The notes under the pieces were generated by a model. The model did not search any database and was not told the origin of the DNA. It saw only the letters and a program-made list of their open reading frames with translations. A stretch of 64,000 bases of DNA, from NCBI GenBank assembly GCA_002245135.1, contig NGBS01000878.1, positions 124,001-188,000 of the forward strand, written 5' to 3'. Numbering within the stretch: position 1 is the stretch's first letter; every line of letters starts with the position of its first letter. Source of the DNA: Proteromonas lacertae. Taxonomy: Eukaryota. Of this stretch, positions 28,584 to 42,847 are shown piece after piece. The position numbers and the translations under genes were made by a program.

Positions 28584-31500
28584 ATGAATTCAATGAAATC
28601 GCAGATGAAAAAAACTCTAAACACAATTGAGAAGAAAGTGTTTGGAGGAGACTCACGTTATTTTGAGTCAACTACACGTAAAGGTGAATTATCTGAAGTA
28701 AAGGATGATTTGCATAGTTTAGATAAGCATGTGATGATGGATGCAATTAAAAAGATTATAGCTATGATGACAGTAGGTAAAGATGTCTCTTCTTTGTTTG
28801 GTGATGTTCTTGCTATGATGCAACCAAATAACTTGGAGTTAAAGAAATTAATTTATTTGTATATTCATGTGAAATGTTTTATTTTTATAGATATTTGATA
28901 AATTATTCAAAATCTCAACCAGAAGTAGCAATAATGGCAGTTAATACATTTGTACAAGATACCCGTAATAGTAACCCAATTATCAGAGCATTGGCTATTC
29001 GTACAATGGGTTGTATAAGAATTGAAGAAATTACAGAATACTTATGTGATCCATTAAGAAAATGCTTAAAAGATCCAGATCCATATGTACGTAAGACAGC
29101 TTGTCTTTGTGTACCAAAATTCTACGAAATAAACCACGAATTATGTGAAGAACAAGGATTTATCAGATCACTATACAGATTATTAAATGATAAAAATCCA
29201 ATGGTTATTGCTAATGCAGTATCAGCTTTATTAGACATTGGTGAAGCAAAAAGTCAATTCTTAATTCCATTAGATAATTACCTCAGTACCATGATTGTTG
29301 CATTAAATGAAACACCAGAATGGGGTCAGATACCATTATTAGAGTGTTTATCACATTACCAACCAGAAGATGAAAAGAAATCGAGTGAAATTATAGAGAA
29401 AGTAATTCCAAGATTACAACATGTAAATTACGCTGTAGTAATGGGAGCAATAAAAGTGGTTACGAATTTAATATCCTATGTACAAAGTTCAACATTATTA
29501 TCCAATATTAATAAGAAATTAAGTTCAGCTTTAGTTACATTGATGAATAATGCTTCACCTGAGATTAAATATGCTTTATTGACAAATATATATATTATTA
29601 TTCAAGTATTATATTATATTATATTATATAGATTATTCCTGATATATTACGTAACGATTTGCATGTATTCTTCTGTCAATATGATGATCCATATTATGTG
29701 AAGATGGAGAAGTTAAAAGTGTTGGTGGAATTAGTGACAGATGAACAGATTGATACTGTATTAGTTGAATTGAAAGAGTATATATAATAATATATATATA
29801 TGTATATATAGTCTCGCTACTAATGTTGATTTATCAATTGGTAAACAAGCTGTTCGTACAATTGGAGCTTGTGCTTTAAGATTAGATCATTCAGTAAAGA
29901 AATGTATCTCCGCTCTATTAGAATTAATTAAAAGTAAAAATGTCAATATTGTACAAGAATCTGTTATAATTATAACGGATATATTCCGAAGATATCCAAC
30001 CCAATATACAGCCATCTTATCCAATATTTGTGAATCATTAGACAATATCGATAGTTCTGATGGTAAAAGAGCAATTATATGGATAATTGGTGAATATAGT
30101 GACATTATAGCTAATGCGGTAGAATTATTGAACTTCTACTTAGAAAATATGGATGCAGAACCAATGAATGTTCAAGAAGCATTTTTAACAGCTTCAATTA
30201 AAGCATATTTACATAATCCCGATGCATCTCAAGAATTAATAGCTTCTATAATGAATATAGCAACAGCACCAACAGCATCACCTGATTTAAGGGATAGAGG
30301 TTATTTCTACAAAAGATTAATCAAAGAAGATACTGATTTATTAAAGAAAATCGTACTATCTCCAAAACCAGAGATTGAGAGCAAAGTCAATTCTATTGAT
30401 TCAATGAAATTAACACAATTATTACCTCACCTTTGCACTTCATCAATAATGACATTAAATGTACCAAATATTAATTACTCAATATCAGTTGATTTACAAC
30501 AACAAATAGAAGAAGCAGTTGAAGAAGATGAAGCAGAAGAAGAAGAACAACAACAGAGTGAAAAACATGATAAGAAAGGTGGAATATACAGTTCCTCCTC
30601 AGATGAAGATGATGAATCATCAGAAGAAGATACTCCAAAACCTGATATTCCAACAATCTCTACTAATTATGCTAATTCTATAGCAAATCAACATACATCA
30701 AGTTCATCAATGGGTAGTAGCTTCGTATCAGGTGGAAGTAGCAGTAATTATAAACCTGGTTTTGGTACTCAGGTATTATATGGTGGTAGTAATAGTAGTG
30801 CTACAAAGAAACAATATTCAAGCGATGAGGAAGATAATAAGAAGAATAAATCATCTGATGAAGAAAATGAAGATGAAGATGAAGATGGTAGACCAAAATT
30901 AAAGTTCAAATTAAAAGCAATTCCTAAACCAACAGCTAAAGCAACAAAGAAAGAAAGTTCTGAAGAAGATAATGAAGATGAAGATGATGATGATGAAGAG
31001 GAAGATGATGATGAAAGTATATTTATTTTTTATTTTATTATATTTTTTATGTATATAGTAAGTACAAAGCAATTCCTCAGAGTTATTCAATGAAAAAGGA
31101 TATATGAAAATCACTGGTAATTTAGCTTCAATGAATAAGAATCTCTTTTTACACTTACGATTTGAGAATTTAGGAGATGAATCATTAGTATCAATGGCAA
31201 TTCAATTTGATAAAAATGTTTTGGGTTTAAAGCCAGAAAATAAGAAAATATCATTTGATCCACCAATTTCTAGTGGAAATAAGAAAGATGTGAATATTCT
31301 GCTAGTTAGAGATGGTGATTTAATTAAAGACAATGAAAAATTAGATGTTGCTTTGAAGAATAAAGTGAATAAAAAAATTACCTATTTTTCACTGCAATTA
31401 GACAAATCTGTTTTATTCCAGAAATATATGTCAGATATTAGAGATTTTATAGCAAAATGGAAAGAAATAATGGTTGAAAAGAGTTTCACATATTCTGGTG

Positions 31501-31745
31501 CTGTTGATTTGAAGACTGTGGAAAAGAAAATATTCTTAAAACCTTGGAGTAATGTAATGAAAAAGAATAAGAGCATAACTTTATCATATTATTCAATGAA
31601 GACTTATAGTGATGAAATATTGTTGGTGGAAGTGAAATTTGAGTCATCTTTAGAGAATGAGTTTACAGTTACCATGAAATGTAAAGATGAACAGATGATT
31701 GATTATTTGATAAAATTTGTTGAAAAGAAGTTTAATAAATTATAA
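28584..31745 (+). CDS. AP1B1: AP-1/AP-2 complex beta subunit (beta-adaptin)
   Basis: Contains [51 protein letters not shown] and [10 protein letters not shown], plus an appendage with [11 protein letters not shown]. Confidence 0.95.
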
Positions 31746-31849
31746 AATTAGACATTTTTTTGTTTTATTTTTGTTTTTAGTTAAGGTGAATGAAGTGTTA
31801 ACATAAAACACTACAAAATAATTGTTTCAAAAATAATATTCGTTACGTG

Positions 31850-32959
31850 ATGATGTTTTTGACTTATATTTTATTATTTACTGTTGCTATATCCCTTTTT
31901 ATAATTTTTAACAGTTACAATGTTGTACCAAATAGTAATAAAGAAGTACAGACACAAGATATCGTAAATGTTCATACTTTTGATGAAAGTAAGTTGGTTA
32001 ATAGTGAATATTATACAAAATACTATATACCAGCAATTGAAAAAATGAAAATGTTGTATAATTATACATTCCTGTGTGAAAATGAAACAGATCCTATAAG
32101 ATGTATGTCAAAATATGAAAGATACCGGCGCCCACCCAAAGATTCAATAAATAGAGATGAAATAGTTAAATTCCCTGAAACCTTAGAGGTTGTAACAGCA
32201 AATAATGTCAAATGTAATAACCACTTTTCTTTATTTGTTGCTATTCCAAACCGTCCAAGTGATTTTTTCGAAAGATGTTTGTATAGAAAATATTACAAAG
32301 ATATTAAAGATAAGAAATTATTCTTTTTTATCTCATCTTCACAGGATGAAAATGTTAATAAAGATATAATAAAGGAAAGTGAAATATATGAAGATGTTAT
32401 CCTGTTTAAAGAATTGGCATCTTATCGTTCAAGCAGTATACAGTTGTATTTGATATATAAATGGATAAATGAAAATAGTTGTTATAATTTTGATTATTTC
32501 ATATATCATCAAAGCGATGTATTTTTCAATTTTAAAAATTTCTTTAAAGAGAATTATTTATCTGATAAAAGAGAAGTAATTGGTGTATTATACAGAAACA
32601 ATCCCGTTGTTAGAATTCCACAGTCTCCTTGGTATGTATCTGAAGCTGTATATAAAGACAAATATTACCCTGATCATCCAAGTGGAACTTGTTTTATTGT
32701 TTTACAAGAAGTTGTGAAAAAGATCAATTCTGTTATTTATAATGTGAAGCCAAAGATCTGGATGGATGATGTATTTATGGGATTTGTATTGAAAGAGTTG
32801 AGTGTTGGAATTACTGATATTGTAAACAAGGCTGCTGTTGTTTATCCTTATTATGGATCTTTAAGTTTAGATCAAGCTGTTAATTCCTTTATTTTTGTTC
32901 ACATAGCTACACCCGCTCAGTTTATATTGTTTAATAAGAAATTAAATATAAGTATATAG
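31850..32959 (+). CDS. GT31-family beta-1,3-glycosyltransferase (type II membrane), intronless
   Basis: N-terminal TM, ESEIYEDVI, VVRIPQSPWYV..YYPDHPSGTCF, WMDDVFMG and a C-terminal His. Confidence 0.82.
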   Translation: MMFLTYILLFTVAISLFIIFNSYNVVPNSNKEVQTQDIVNVHTFDESKLVNSEYYTKYYIPAIEKMKMLYNYTFLCENETDPIRCMSKYERYRRPPKDSINRDEIVKFPETLEVVTANNVKCNNHFSLFVAIPNRPSDFFERCLYRKYYKDIKDKKLFFFISSSQDENVNKDIIKESEIYEDVILFKELASYRSSSIQLYLIYKWINENSCYNFDYFIYHQSDVFFNFKNFFKENYLSDKREVIGVLYRNNPVVRIPQSPWYVSEAVYKDKYYPDHPSGTCFIVLQEVVKKINSVIYNVKPKIWMDDVFMGFVLKELSVGITDIVNKAAVVYPYYGSLSLDQAVNSFIFVHIATPAQFILFNKKLNISI

Positions 32960-33024
32960 TTTGTTGAATGTGTATGTGAGGGTATAAAAATAGCAAATAT
33001 TTGCTTGAGATTTTAAAACTGAAA

Positions 33025-34272
33025 ATGCCACGTAAATTGCTGTTATTTGTCTTTTTATTAATTCCTTTATCTTTTTTCATTTATATATTTATGTTTTATA
33101 ATAATAATTTCAATCAGCTGGTGAATCACAACGAAGGATTTATTCCTAAGAATGTAGAACAGAATAAAAAGTCATTTAGGGGATCAGTAGTAAAAATCAA
33201 GCTAAAAATATCACCTGTAGTATCGCAAATAAGAAATAGTGAATTAAAAAGTAATTCAAAAGAATATATAGATAATATATTGCTTCCTAATATGTTTACA
33301 TTAAAACAATCATTTAAAGCGTTTTTGCCTTGCGATAACGAAACAGATCCTTACAAATGTGGAAGGGAAGCAGAAAATTTCCCTAAAGTAATAGATATGA
33401 TATACCAAAACAAAACTTTAATGCGTACCCACAATTTTACATTAGATGTGTTAATTAATCCAGAAAATGAGTGTAAGAAGAATGTAGATATATTTATTGG
33501 TATATTAACAAGGCCCAGAGAGTTTTTATTACGAAATTTATATAGAAAAGTCTATGAAAACTACACAGATATGAATTACTTATTTTTCACTGCATTATCA
33601 ACAGAAAATGAAACAAATGAAATGGTAAGACAAGAATCTGAATTATTCCATGATTTAATACTCTTCAACTTTATATCTTCCTACTGGAGAAGTTCTTCGC
33701 AAATGATCATAATTTTCAAATATATATCAAAATATTGTGATAATTACAAATACTTTATGTATCACCAAGGTGATATATATTTCAATTACAAACTATTCAA
33801 AAAAACATATTTAAATAATTCAACATTAAAAATATATCCAGTAATAGGATCTAAATACTATGGAGAACCAGTCAGAGATCCAACTAGTCCTTGGTACGTA
33901 CCAGTCGATCTATATCCTAACAGTACATACGAATTCTATGTAAGTGGAAGTTGTTTTTTCTTATCCAAAGACACTGTGAAGAATTGTGCAAAAATTGCAG
34001 ATGATACAAAGCCATTCATTTGGATGGATGATGTTTATACTGGATTATTATTCAAAAGACTTGGTATTGAAATTGAAGATATTGGATCAATGTCCAATGT
34101 GTTATATCCTGTATACTTTGTATTACCAAGTATTAGAGAGATTGTGAATAAGTATATATTCATTCATACGTTAACACCGGGTGAAGTGATTCATATTTTG
34201 TATTTGTCTGAGCTGTTAGAAGCTGGTAAGTTGAATAATACATTTAATTCAACAAAAGTACAACCAATATAA
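33025..34272 (+). CDS. GT31-family beta-1,3-glycosyltransferase (tandem paralog), intronless
   Basis: N-terminal TM, QESELFHDLI, PVRDPTSPWYVP..YVSGSCF and WMDDVYTG. Confidence 0.82.
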   Translation: MPRKLLLFVFLLIPLSFFIYIFMFYNNNFNQLVNHNEGFIPKNVEQNKKSFRGSVVKIKLKISPVVSQIRNSELKSNSKEYIDNILLPNMFTLKQSFKAFLPCDNETDPYKCGREAENFPKVIDMIYQNKTLMRTHNFTLDVLINPENECKKNVDIFIGILTRPREFLLRNLYRKVYENYTDMNYLFFTALSTENETNEMVRQESELFHDLILFNFISSYWRSSSQMIIIFKYISKYCDNYKYFMYHQGDIYFNYKLFKKTYLNNSTLKIYPVIGSKYYGEPVRDPTSPWYVPVDLYPNSTYEFYVSGSCFFLSKDTVKNCAKIADDTKPFIWMDDVYTGLLFKRLGIEIEDIGSMSNVLYPVYFVLPSIREIVNKYIFIHTLTPGEVIHILYLSELLEAGKLNNTFNSTKVQPI

Positions 34273-34713
34273 ATAAATTTTTGATATATATCTATGTTTG
34301 TATGTAATTGTTGTTGGATTGTGGAATCAATAATCTATTATAGGAAAGAATGTAATGATAAGAATAAAAATAAAAATAAAAACATCATAGCTTCAGATTC
34401 GCCTTCTATTAATATCAAATCATTCTTCTTATAACTGTTATTCTCAAATATCATATATTTTACAATAATTCTTATAAAATACCGCCTTATCTGAGAAAAA
34501 TATTACTGTTCCACAACATATATGCATATTCTTAATAATTTGAAAGAATTAACTCGGCATATTGTGGTAAATAAAAAGAATGATATTCAATAGAATATAG
34601 GTATCAACATATGCTATTTATAAGGATAAAAAATACATACTTCCATCTCTTTTGATTTTCATTCAATCAAACCAAATCAAGCCATTTTCAATCATTTTAT
34701 TGTTTTGTGAGAT

Positions 34714-35587
34714 ATGGAGAGGTTATTGACCGTATTGGAGAAGTTATTCCCAAAGAAGTTAGCAGAAAATTGGTATAATTTAATACTAATATATTGTACA
34801 GGGATAATATTGGATTATTGTTAGAACCAACAAAGAAACTGATCAATCCTCCCTATAAATTACTTTTAACAAATGATGTTACAGATGCAGTTGTAGAAGA
34901 AGCAATAAAGAATGAAATAAACATGATAATCAGTTATCATCCAATAATTTTCAGTGGTCTTAAAAGATTAACCCAAACTGATCGAGTAAGTCGAATAATA
35001 TTAAATTGTGCTGTTAATGGGATAGGAATATACAGTTATCACACCAGTTGTGATTCAGTTCTTGGAGGTGTAAATGACTGGTTAGTATCAGGAATAGGTG
35101 GAACAAACTCAAAACCAATTGAGCCAAATCCAACAGTTGCAGATGCAGGATCAGGTAGAATATGTGATATTAATCCACCAATTTCATTTGAAGAGCTATT
35201 AAACAGAGTTAAAAGGACATGTAATATTGAACATGTTAGAATCGCTGTATAATAATAATAATAATAATAAAATATTATGTTATTATTATTGAATAGAAAC
35301 CAACAAATACTGACAAATTAATAAAAAGAGTGGCTGTTTGTGCTGGAAGTGGAGGTAGTTTGTTTAAATCACTTAGTGGTGATATTGATGCATATTTCAC
35401 AGGAGAAATGTCACATCATGAAGTATTGGAATTGATATCAAAAGAAGCATTTGTTATTTTGACTAATCACAGTAATAACGAAAGAGGATATTTGAAAATT
35501 ACTAAAAGTAAAATTGAGTCTGAATTAGATGATAAATATTCAATAATTATTAGTAATGAAGATCATGATCCATTAATTGTAGGATGA
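34714..35587 (+). CDS. NIF3L1: NIF3-like metal-binding protein
   Basis: Contains LAENW/DNIGLL, LLTNDVT, ISYHPIIF, YSYHTSCD..GGVNDWL, AVCAGSG, TGEMSHH and HSNNERGYL. Confidence 0.93.
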
Positions 35588-35786
35588 GTATATTAACTCT
35601 ATTAGAATAATATCAATAAATTGTTAATTATATTCATTAGTCGTTTTTATTTCAATTAGATAATTTATTTTTCACCATTAGTAAATGTTACAAAATATTA
35701 TATATACACATTCTTAATGCGAAATAAAAATACACTTATTAATCTAAAATATATAATTAAAAAAAAAAATTAGTATTTAGAAGTCT

Positions 35787-37429
35787 CTAACTAGTAAGCT
35801 TTATAACTTCGTCTTCAGGAATTTCTATCTCTACATGTTTTCTATTTACTCCAAAAGGACCTGGTTCTAATAATATTACAGTATTCTTAAGTATTTCAAT
35901 ATTTGGAATCTCTTTAATCTCTGCTCCTATGAAATATCCTAATATTACTCTCAATACAGCCTATAATAAATAAATAAATAAATAAATAAATATACATTAT
36001 GTGAAATTACAACTACATCATCTCTACTTCTTTCTAACTCCAATATAATTGGCTTCAATCTCTCTATTACATCTAAATAAGATTCACCACCTGCACCTGG
36101 ATATCTAAATATCAATTTATTCTTCTTTCTTTCCTCAGAAACACTATGATATTTATTTTCTATTTCCTGATATGTTAATCCTTCACATTTCCCTCCTCCT
36201 AATTCGTTTAATAATCGAGTTTTTATTATCTATTTTATCAACAATTATATATAAATATACTGATGTATTTGGTATTTCATTAAAATAACCACCAGTTTGA
36301 ATTGAGGCTTGTAAAGTACTTGTATAAACCAAAATCTTATTCTGTTTCAATTTATTACTTTTAGATTCCTGTTTTTCTTCAACAACTTTCTTCAATGATT
36401 CTGTTAATACATACTGTGCAGCTTCATGACTATATACTATACCAGTTGGTGTTAATTTACTATCTCCACTTAATATACCTTTCACGTCATTCACTGTTTC
36501 ACCATGTCGCAATAAATAGATCTTTCTTGGTTGAATATGAATGTTACCTAAATATGTTACAATCTCCATAGGTAAATAACCATGAACTCTATTTAATTCC
36601 ATATGTTCACCAACCTATTAATAATAATAATTATTATTATTATTATATTATATAAATACATTGAATAATCTAATATAAGTTAATTTTTTATCACTTTCTT
36701 GATTTAATGGTTCATACACTTCTTCATATTCTTTTACTCTTTTCATGAAATCTTCTCTAGCTACTACTGGATCCATATCTCGATAATCTGGCGAATTTAA
36801 TTTCATTTGATAATTACGCTCTAATATTACAGGATCTGTACAAACACTTTCTATAAATAATAATTCAACTCCTTTGGCATGTTGAATCAAAGCATCTCTT
36901 CTAGCTCTTGTTGTGTTTGTAGCATCAAATATTGCGATTCGTAATGATCTTTGGTAGGAAGATCCGGATAATAAATAGTTTAGAACATCTTGAAAAGCAG
37001 TCATTGCTAATTTTTGTCGAATTAAATTACCTTGTTCATTTGAATGATCAAAAAATTCAAAGGATTGGTCACATTTCACTGCCTATACCAATAGAATATG
37101 TAAACTGTATACTTTTCTTCGATAATCACCTACATTGAATATTTTGCACTCAAAACCCTGCCATAATAAATATCTTTTAAGTAACCTTACAATATAGCTT
37201 TTGCCACGAGCCTAAATCTCATTTATAAAGATAAAAATACTGGCAAACCACACATTACAATACATGTTGGCATTTGAGAGAATACATGCAACCTATTAGT
37301 TAATATTCCTAAAGTTGAATTATCAAAAATATAAGATACTATTCTCTTTTTCAGCGGATGGGGTTCTTGGACTCGCTTTAGGCGTGGGCACTCCAGAGTG
37401 ATATTTTGATTGAGTAAATAAGACGTCAT
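35787..37429 (-). CDS. PFKFB: 6-phosphofructo-2-kinase / fructose-2,6-bisphosphatase
   Basis: P-loop CGLP|ARGKS, AIFDATNTTRARR, the RHGET histidine-phosphatase motif and GESYLDVIERLKP. Confidence 0.93.
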
Positions 37430-37615
37430 CTATCTTCAACTTAAGATTGTTCATCAATTAAAGAGTTGGTAAGATTTTGGTAAAATGACACGTCAAAATG
37501 TAAAGTGACACATTAAACACTTAAAACCCCTAAAAAAACAAATTAAGTCTAAAATAATAATATTTGTAATAATAATAATAATAATAACATATAATTAGAA
37601 AGAAGAACGCTATGT

Positions 37616-39686
37616 TTATGAACTATCTGATTTTACTTTTGTATCACCCTTACTAGAAGAAGCAGTACTAGCTGCTGACGAATCAGATTTAGGAGGAGAG
37701 GGTGATGTCTTAATAACGACAGAAGCCCAGCTATTTGGTTTCTAATTAACAATATATATAATTCAATATACAGGTTCAGTAGATGAGCTATCAACAGAAG
37801 AAGTATTATTAGTGGATTTGCCTTTATTTCTATTTGAGCTATTACCACTATTACTTCCTTTTCTATTACCTTTATGATGATTGTTAGATGCAGTATTTAC
37901 TACATTGTTACTTCCTGTTGTTGTTGTTGAGGTATTAGATGGAGATGATGATGGTGATGATGATTCAGCAGGGAAATAAGCCCAAGTAGTTGTAGTAGCA
38001 GTAGTATTGGATTTAGGTTTTCTATCTTTTTTCTTATCTTTAGAACTAGTTCTATTTCGTTTATTTTGTGTACTGTTATTATTATTATTAACAGCAGTTG
38101 TAGTAGTAGAAGGTGGTGGAGGTTGTTGTTGTTGAACAGTAGAATTATTATTTGATTTGCCTGTTTTAACAACAGTTGCATATCCTTTTGGTTCAAAGGG
38201 TGGTGGAATAACTCCAGTCTGTGATGATGGTAATGGCTTTTTGCTTAAAGTATCAACATCAATATTACCATAGATCATATTAGAATAATCAGTAGAATCA
38301 ACACTATCAAATCGGAAAGGTCTAGAATGTTCTAAAGCTTGATCAATAGACATAGATCGTTGTAATTCTAATAATCGAGCATTTGGTTTATCACCAATAG
38401 CAGCAGAATGATCTCCAGGTTGTAAATTAGGAGGAAGTGAAAATTTTGTATAATTTTTAACAATTTTAATTATTTCATCTTCAGTGTAGGAAATATAAGG
38501 TTCTTTGTAAGTAGTAGTGTTTTCATCAGAAGCTAATGGTGGAAAAGATAACTCTTGAATGATTGGTTGAGATGGCATTGATGATAGATAACTATTGTTA
38601 TTGTTATTATTGTTATAATAGTCATCATTTCGTCTATTATTTCTACCACCACCACCTCTTGAATACTTTCTCCTATTATTTCCATTATTATTATTTCGTC
38701 TATCATCTTTACGATTATTATTATTATATTGTCTATTTCTATTGTTATAACCACCACCACCACCACCTCGTCTATTATTATTATATTGTCTATGCACTTG
38801 ATCATTCATATATATATTTTGATCATACATTCCTAAAGGAGCGTTAGGTGGTAAATCTTCATTATTATAATCATATCCACCATTGTTAGGATAATAATAT
38901 TGACTGTATTGAGTATAATATGAATAAGAATCAGTAGAATTTGGATCATAAGATGATGCTAATGGTGAAGTTGAACTTATAGTATTTACAGGTGTTGAGG
39001 TTGTAGATGATGAATTATTATTATTATTATTAACATCAACTGATTCATTTCCTACTGTTGTTGTTGTTGTTGTATTATTCCCTATATTGATTGTTGGTGT
39101 TGTTGGTATAGATGTTATAATTGATGATGGTAATCTTGCATGAACTCTATTTCCATTGATTTCCTTCTTCATTGCTTGTAAAGCAGCTGATTTTGCATGG
39201 GCTTCAGAATCAAAGGTGACAAGCCAAGTGTTTGCCAATTCTTTTTCTATTCTTTTGATTGGTCCTAAGTTTGGATCTGTGAATAATCCTCTTATATCTT
39301 CTTCAGTGGCTTTTTCATCGATATCTCGTAGTAAGATTGTTGTTCGTTCCGTCTAATAGTTTATATATATAAGGTATATATATACTGTTCTTTTGACTTT
39401 TACTGTCGATTTATCTCCAGATAAAACACATAATTCACATTTTGATAAAATATCCGTTATTATGTCAATATCAGTTGTTATTGGTTTTAACTTATTCACA
39501 ATTGTTGATACTGGTACATTTGAATTACCATCTATAGCACTACTTAATTCTTCATCATTTTGTAGATTGGATGGTTGTAAAAGATTATTAATCTACATTA
39601 AGAAATTATAAATAGGCTGAAAATATAAATACTTCTTTTTCAAGCTTGGAACGAACATCTGATGTTTTATCTGAGGTACTCGACAT
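37616..39686 (-). CDS. LARP4: La-related protein (La module plus RRM, LARP4-like) with an N/G/R/S-rich tail
   Basis: Spliced TTILLRDIDEKATEEDIRGLF...NTWLVTFDSEAHAKSA RRM after a La-like helical exon; SFPPL motif; stop at 37616. Confidence 0.68.
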
Positions 39687-40002
39687 TTTTTATTCTTGAC
39701 TAAATAAAACTTACTATCTCTAGTAGTCTATAAAATAAAAGAATTAGAAAATGGAAGAAAGAAGTATAGCATATAATAAAAACATGGAGATATTGCCCAA
39801 CCATATGGGTTAGAATATTCATTTGAGAGATAGGTATATCACATATAGAGAAATATTAGTACTTTGAAAAACAATCTGATGATTTAATGCAAATGATTGG
39901 CTCAAACCTCAGATCAAATCACGACTCAAGCCTCAAAGCTGTTTCTTCTTTTTTTTAAACGACAATTCAGTTATATTAACATTCCTTTTGTATTAGAAAA
40001 AT

Positions 40003-40488
40003 ATGGATGACACAGACGTTCATTTGACCAGATTTTCACATCTAGATGGTGCACACATAAGTGGCACTGTAACGTATTATCAGTAAAAACTTATCGTTTT
40101 ATAGAAAGGATGAAATAAAAAGTGTATCTAAGAAACAAAATGCAGCTGTATATTTTATTTTATTTATTTCGGGTAGAGGCTGGTGATGATGAATCTAGAG
40201 TCAGCAGCTGTAGAAAAAGACGAATCAGGGCATAATATAGTAGAAGAATTTGACGGTTTGAAAGCGGCAAAAATAGATAGTCCTTCACACAATAATAATA
40301 ATTATAATTACAATAATGACAATACACTACATCAACCTCTAATACCAGCAGAAAATGAAGAAGCAATAAAACTGAAACCGTCTACTGATATAGGTACCAC
40401 CTCTCCGTCGAGTGAAAATTCACAAATTCAGCCAAAACCGAAAACAGATGATGAAACCCCCAAATCTTCTTGTTGTGTTATAATGTAA
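40003..40488 (+). CDS. Small hypothetical prenylated protein (CaaX)
   Basis: ATG at 40003, two short introns, C-terminus SSCCVIM*. Confidence 0.65.
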
Positions 40489-40638
40489 TTATATATGTGT
40501 TAATATTTATCAAATCTCACACAGAATCATAGATAATTATTATCATGATTAATTTTTTCAATTTTCTTTTAAACTATATATATATTATAGTAGTGTGATA
40601 AACCATGTTTTGTTTTAATTAAAAAAATATATTATATG

Positions 40639-42633
40639 TTAATCTGTTGGTGTTGTTTCATTCAACATATCATTCAAAGCATCTTTCAATTGGCTATTTT
40701 CTTCTTCTATCTGTTTGCCTCTTTCAATGAGATTATTCACAAGCTCTTCTAAAGATCTGTTTTCATCTACTAGATAGTTATTATCATCCTCTAATTCAGT
40801 TATTCCTTTTGATTTTGTTTCAATTTCATATTCCAATTCTCTTATTTGCTATATATATAAAACAATAACAATAAATACATTTTTAAACCTCTGAATCATT
40901 TCTTCAGTATCAACATCAGTTTCAGCAATCGTAATTGTCATTCTTTCATTTTCATCCTTCAAATGTTTTAATTTCTTTATATTCTCCTCATTTGCATAAT
41001 ACAATCTTTCAATTTTTTGATATAAATCTTCTGTAGATATTCCTGTAGGTTCATGAATAATTCTCTATAATATAAAATGCATTAATATAAATAAATAAAT
41101 ACCTTTATTGTTTCAAGTATTTGTATAGGAATCATTGTATCACGTTCATTTTCATCATCATCATCAGTTTTATCTTTTCTACCTCCCAATTTAGATAAAT
41201 AATATTCAAATGTATTTGGATAATTCACTTTTACATATTTCATTATCTCTTCAGCTCCCATCCAATCCATTACTCTTTCTTTTATCATATTATTCAACTT
41301 TTCATTGGTCATTTTTTCTTCATCTCTCATCATACTTGAAATATGAATTTCTTTTAAAAATTCATCCACCTTCAGGAAATTAGCGTTTAATAATTGCGCT
41401 TTTCTCAGTAATTCTGTTAATCTCTTTATTTCATCATCTGCTCCTTCATATTTCTTCATATAATCCATATCTTCTTTTATGGCATCTTTCATATCAAATA
41501 TGATTTTATCTTTTTCACTAACTTCATTTTCTAACTCAGCTATTCTTGATTCATAAAAGTTTATAATATTCTCATTGTTTTCATTGTTACTTATTGTATC
41601 AGCAAGACTTATAAATGACATTCCATCATCAAAATCTATCCAATTTGGAGCTTCTAATTCAATCTCATTATCTTCTTCTTCTTCTAATGCTGGTTGTTCT
41701 TCTTCTCCTTCTTTCTTTGGCATTGGTGGTGGTAAATATTCTACTTCTTCTGCTACTATTGGCTCTACAGTCTGTTCAATTGGAACTGGTATCTCTATTT
41801 CTTCATCTGTTTTTTCAACTACAGGTGGAGGTATTGAATCTTGTTTAACCATTTCTACATCTCTCAATTCTGCTTTCTGTTGTTGTTCTTTGAAGAATTT
41901 CAACATACTGAATAGTTTTTGATCTTTTTTCCTATTTAAACTTTTCACTCTACTGTTTAAGAATTGTTCTGATTCTATTTCTTTGTTTTTTGCCATTCTT
42001 TGAGCTAATTGACTATGTTCTTTCATTTCTTTTGTCTTTCTAGCTATTTCTTCCTCTCGAGCTTTTCTTTCTATTTCTTTTTTGTCATTTAATTTTTTCT
42101 ATGTTTTAAAAAATATAAAATAATAATAATATATTTTTAATACTCTCTTTTCTTGTTTTAATTGTTTATATTTTTCCAACACATCTTTCATATCTTTGTG
42201 TTTTTCTATCATCAATTGTTCATATTTTTCTCCTTTCTCTTTAATATCTTTTATATTTAATCTGTCAGGGTGTATATGCTGTGTTAAATTCTTTTTTGAC
42301 CTGTTTAATCTCTTATTTAAAGTAGCGTAATTCACATGCCTAATTGATGCTTGCGAAGATACACTAGATAATAGAGATTTTTGTGCTATTATAACACAAA
42401 AATAAAACTATAACTATACACATATTCTTTAACGTGTTTGTAGCATTTTTCTTTAATGTACTAGTCTTTTTTAATGTGTTTGTTGCTGTTTTCAATAAGT
42501 TTTCTCTATGATTTAAAGTACTAACAGAAGATTTGAGAGAATTGGCACTTTCTTTTAATTTTTGAGATGCTTCTACAGTTAGGTTTCCATTTGAATCTAA
42601 AATATCCCCAAACTCATCTCCAAATCCATCCAT
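40639..42633 (-). CDS. Coiled-coil protein of unknown function
   Basis: Four ORF pieces joined by short GT-AG introns; E/K-rich heptads. Confidence 0.7.
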
Positions 42634-42847
42634 TTTTTGTTTTAATTAATCAAACTTGTTTGAGACAAAAACAAAAGATTTAAGCTGAATATTGTTTAGA
42701 CACACATTGTTAAATTTTTGGAATGTTTTTGCCTTATCTTTTTAATGCTATTGGCAAGAAAAAATATAAATTGAACAAATATCAACAAATATAACAGATA
42801 ATTGAATAAATATTGAAAGAATAAGTAAGAAAAAATTATGCTATCTT

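Noticed and set aside
37900..39100. Trinucleotide runs (AAT, CAT, GTT) as functional DNA repeats
   Set aside because: They encode poly-N/H/T low-complexity protein tracts or sit in introns, which is typical of AT-rich genomes.
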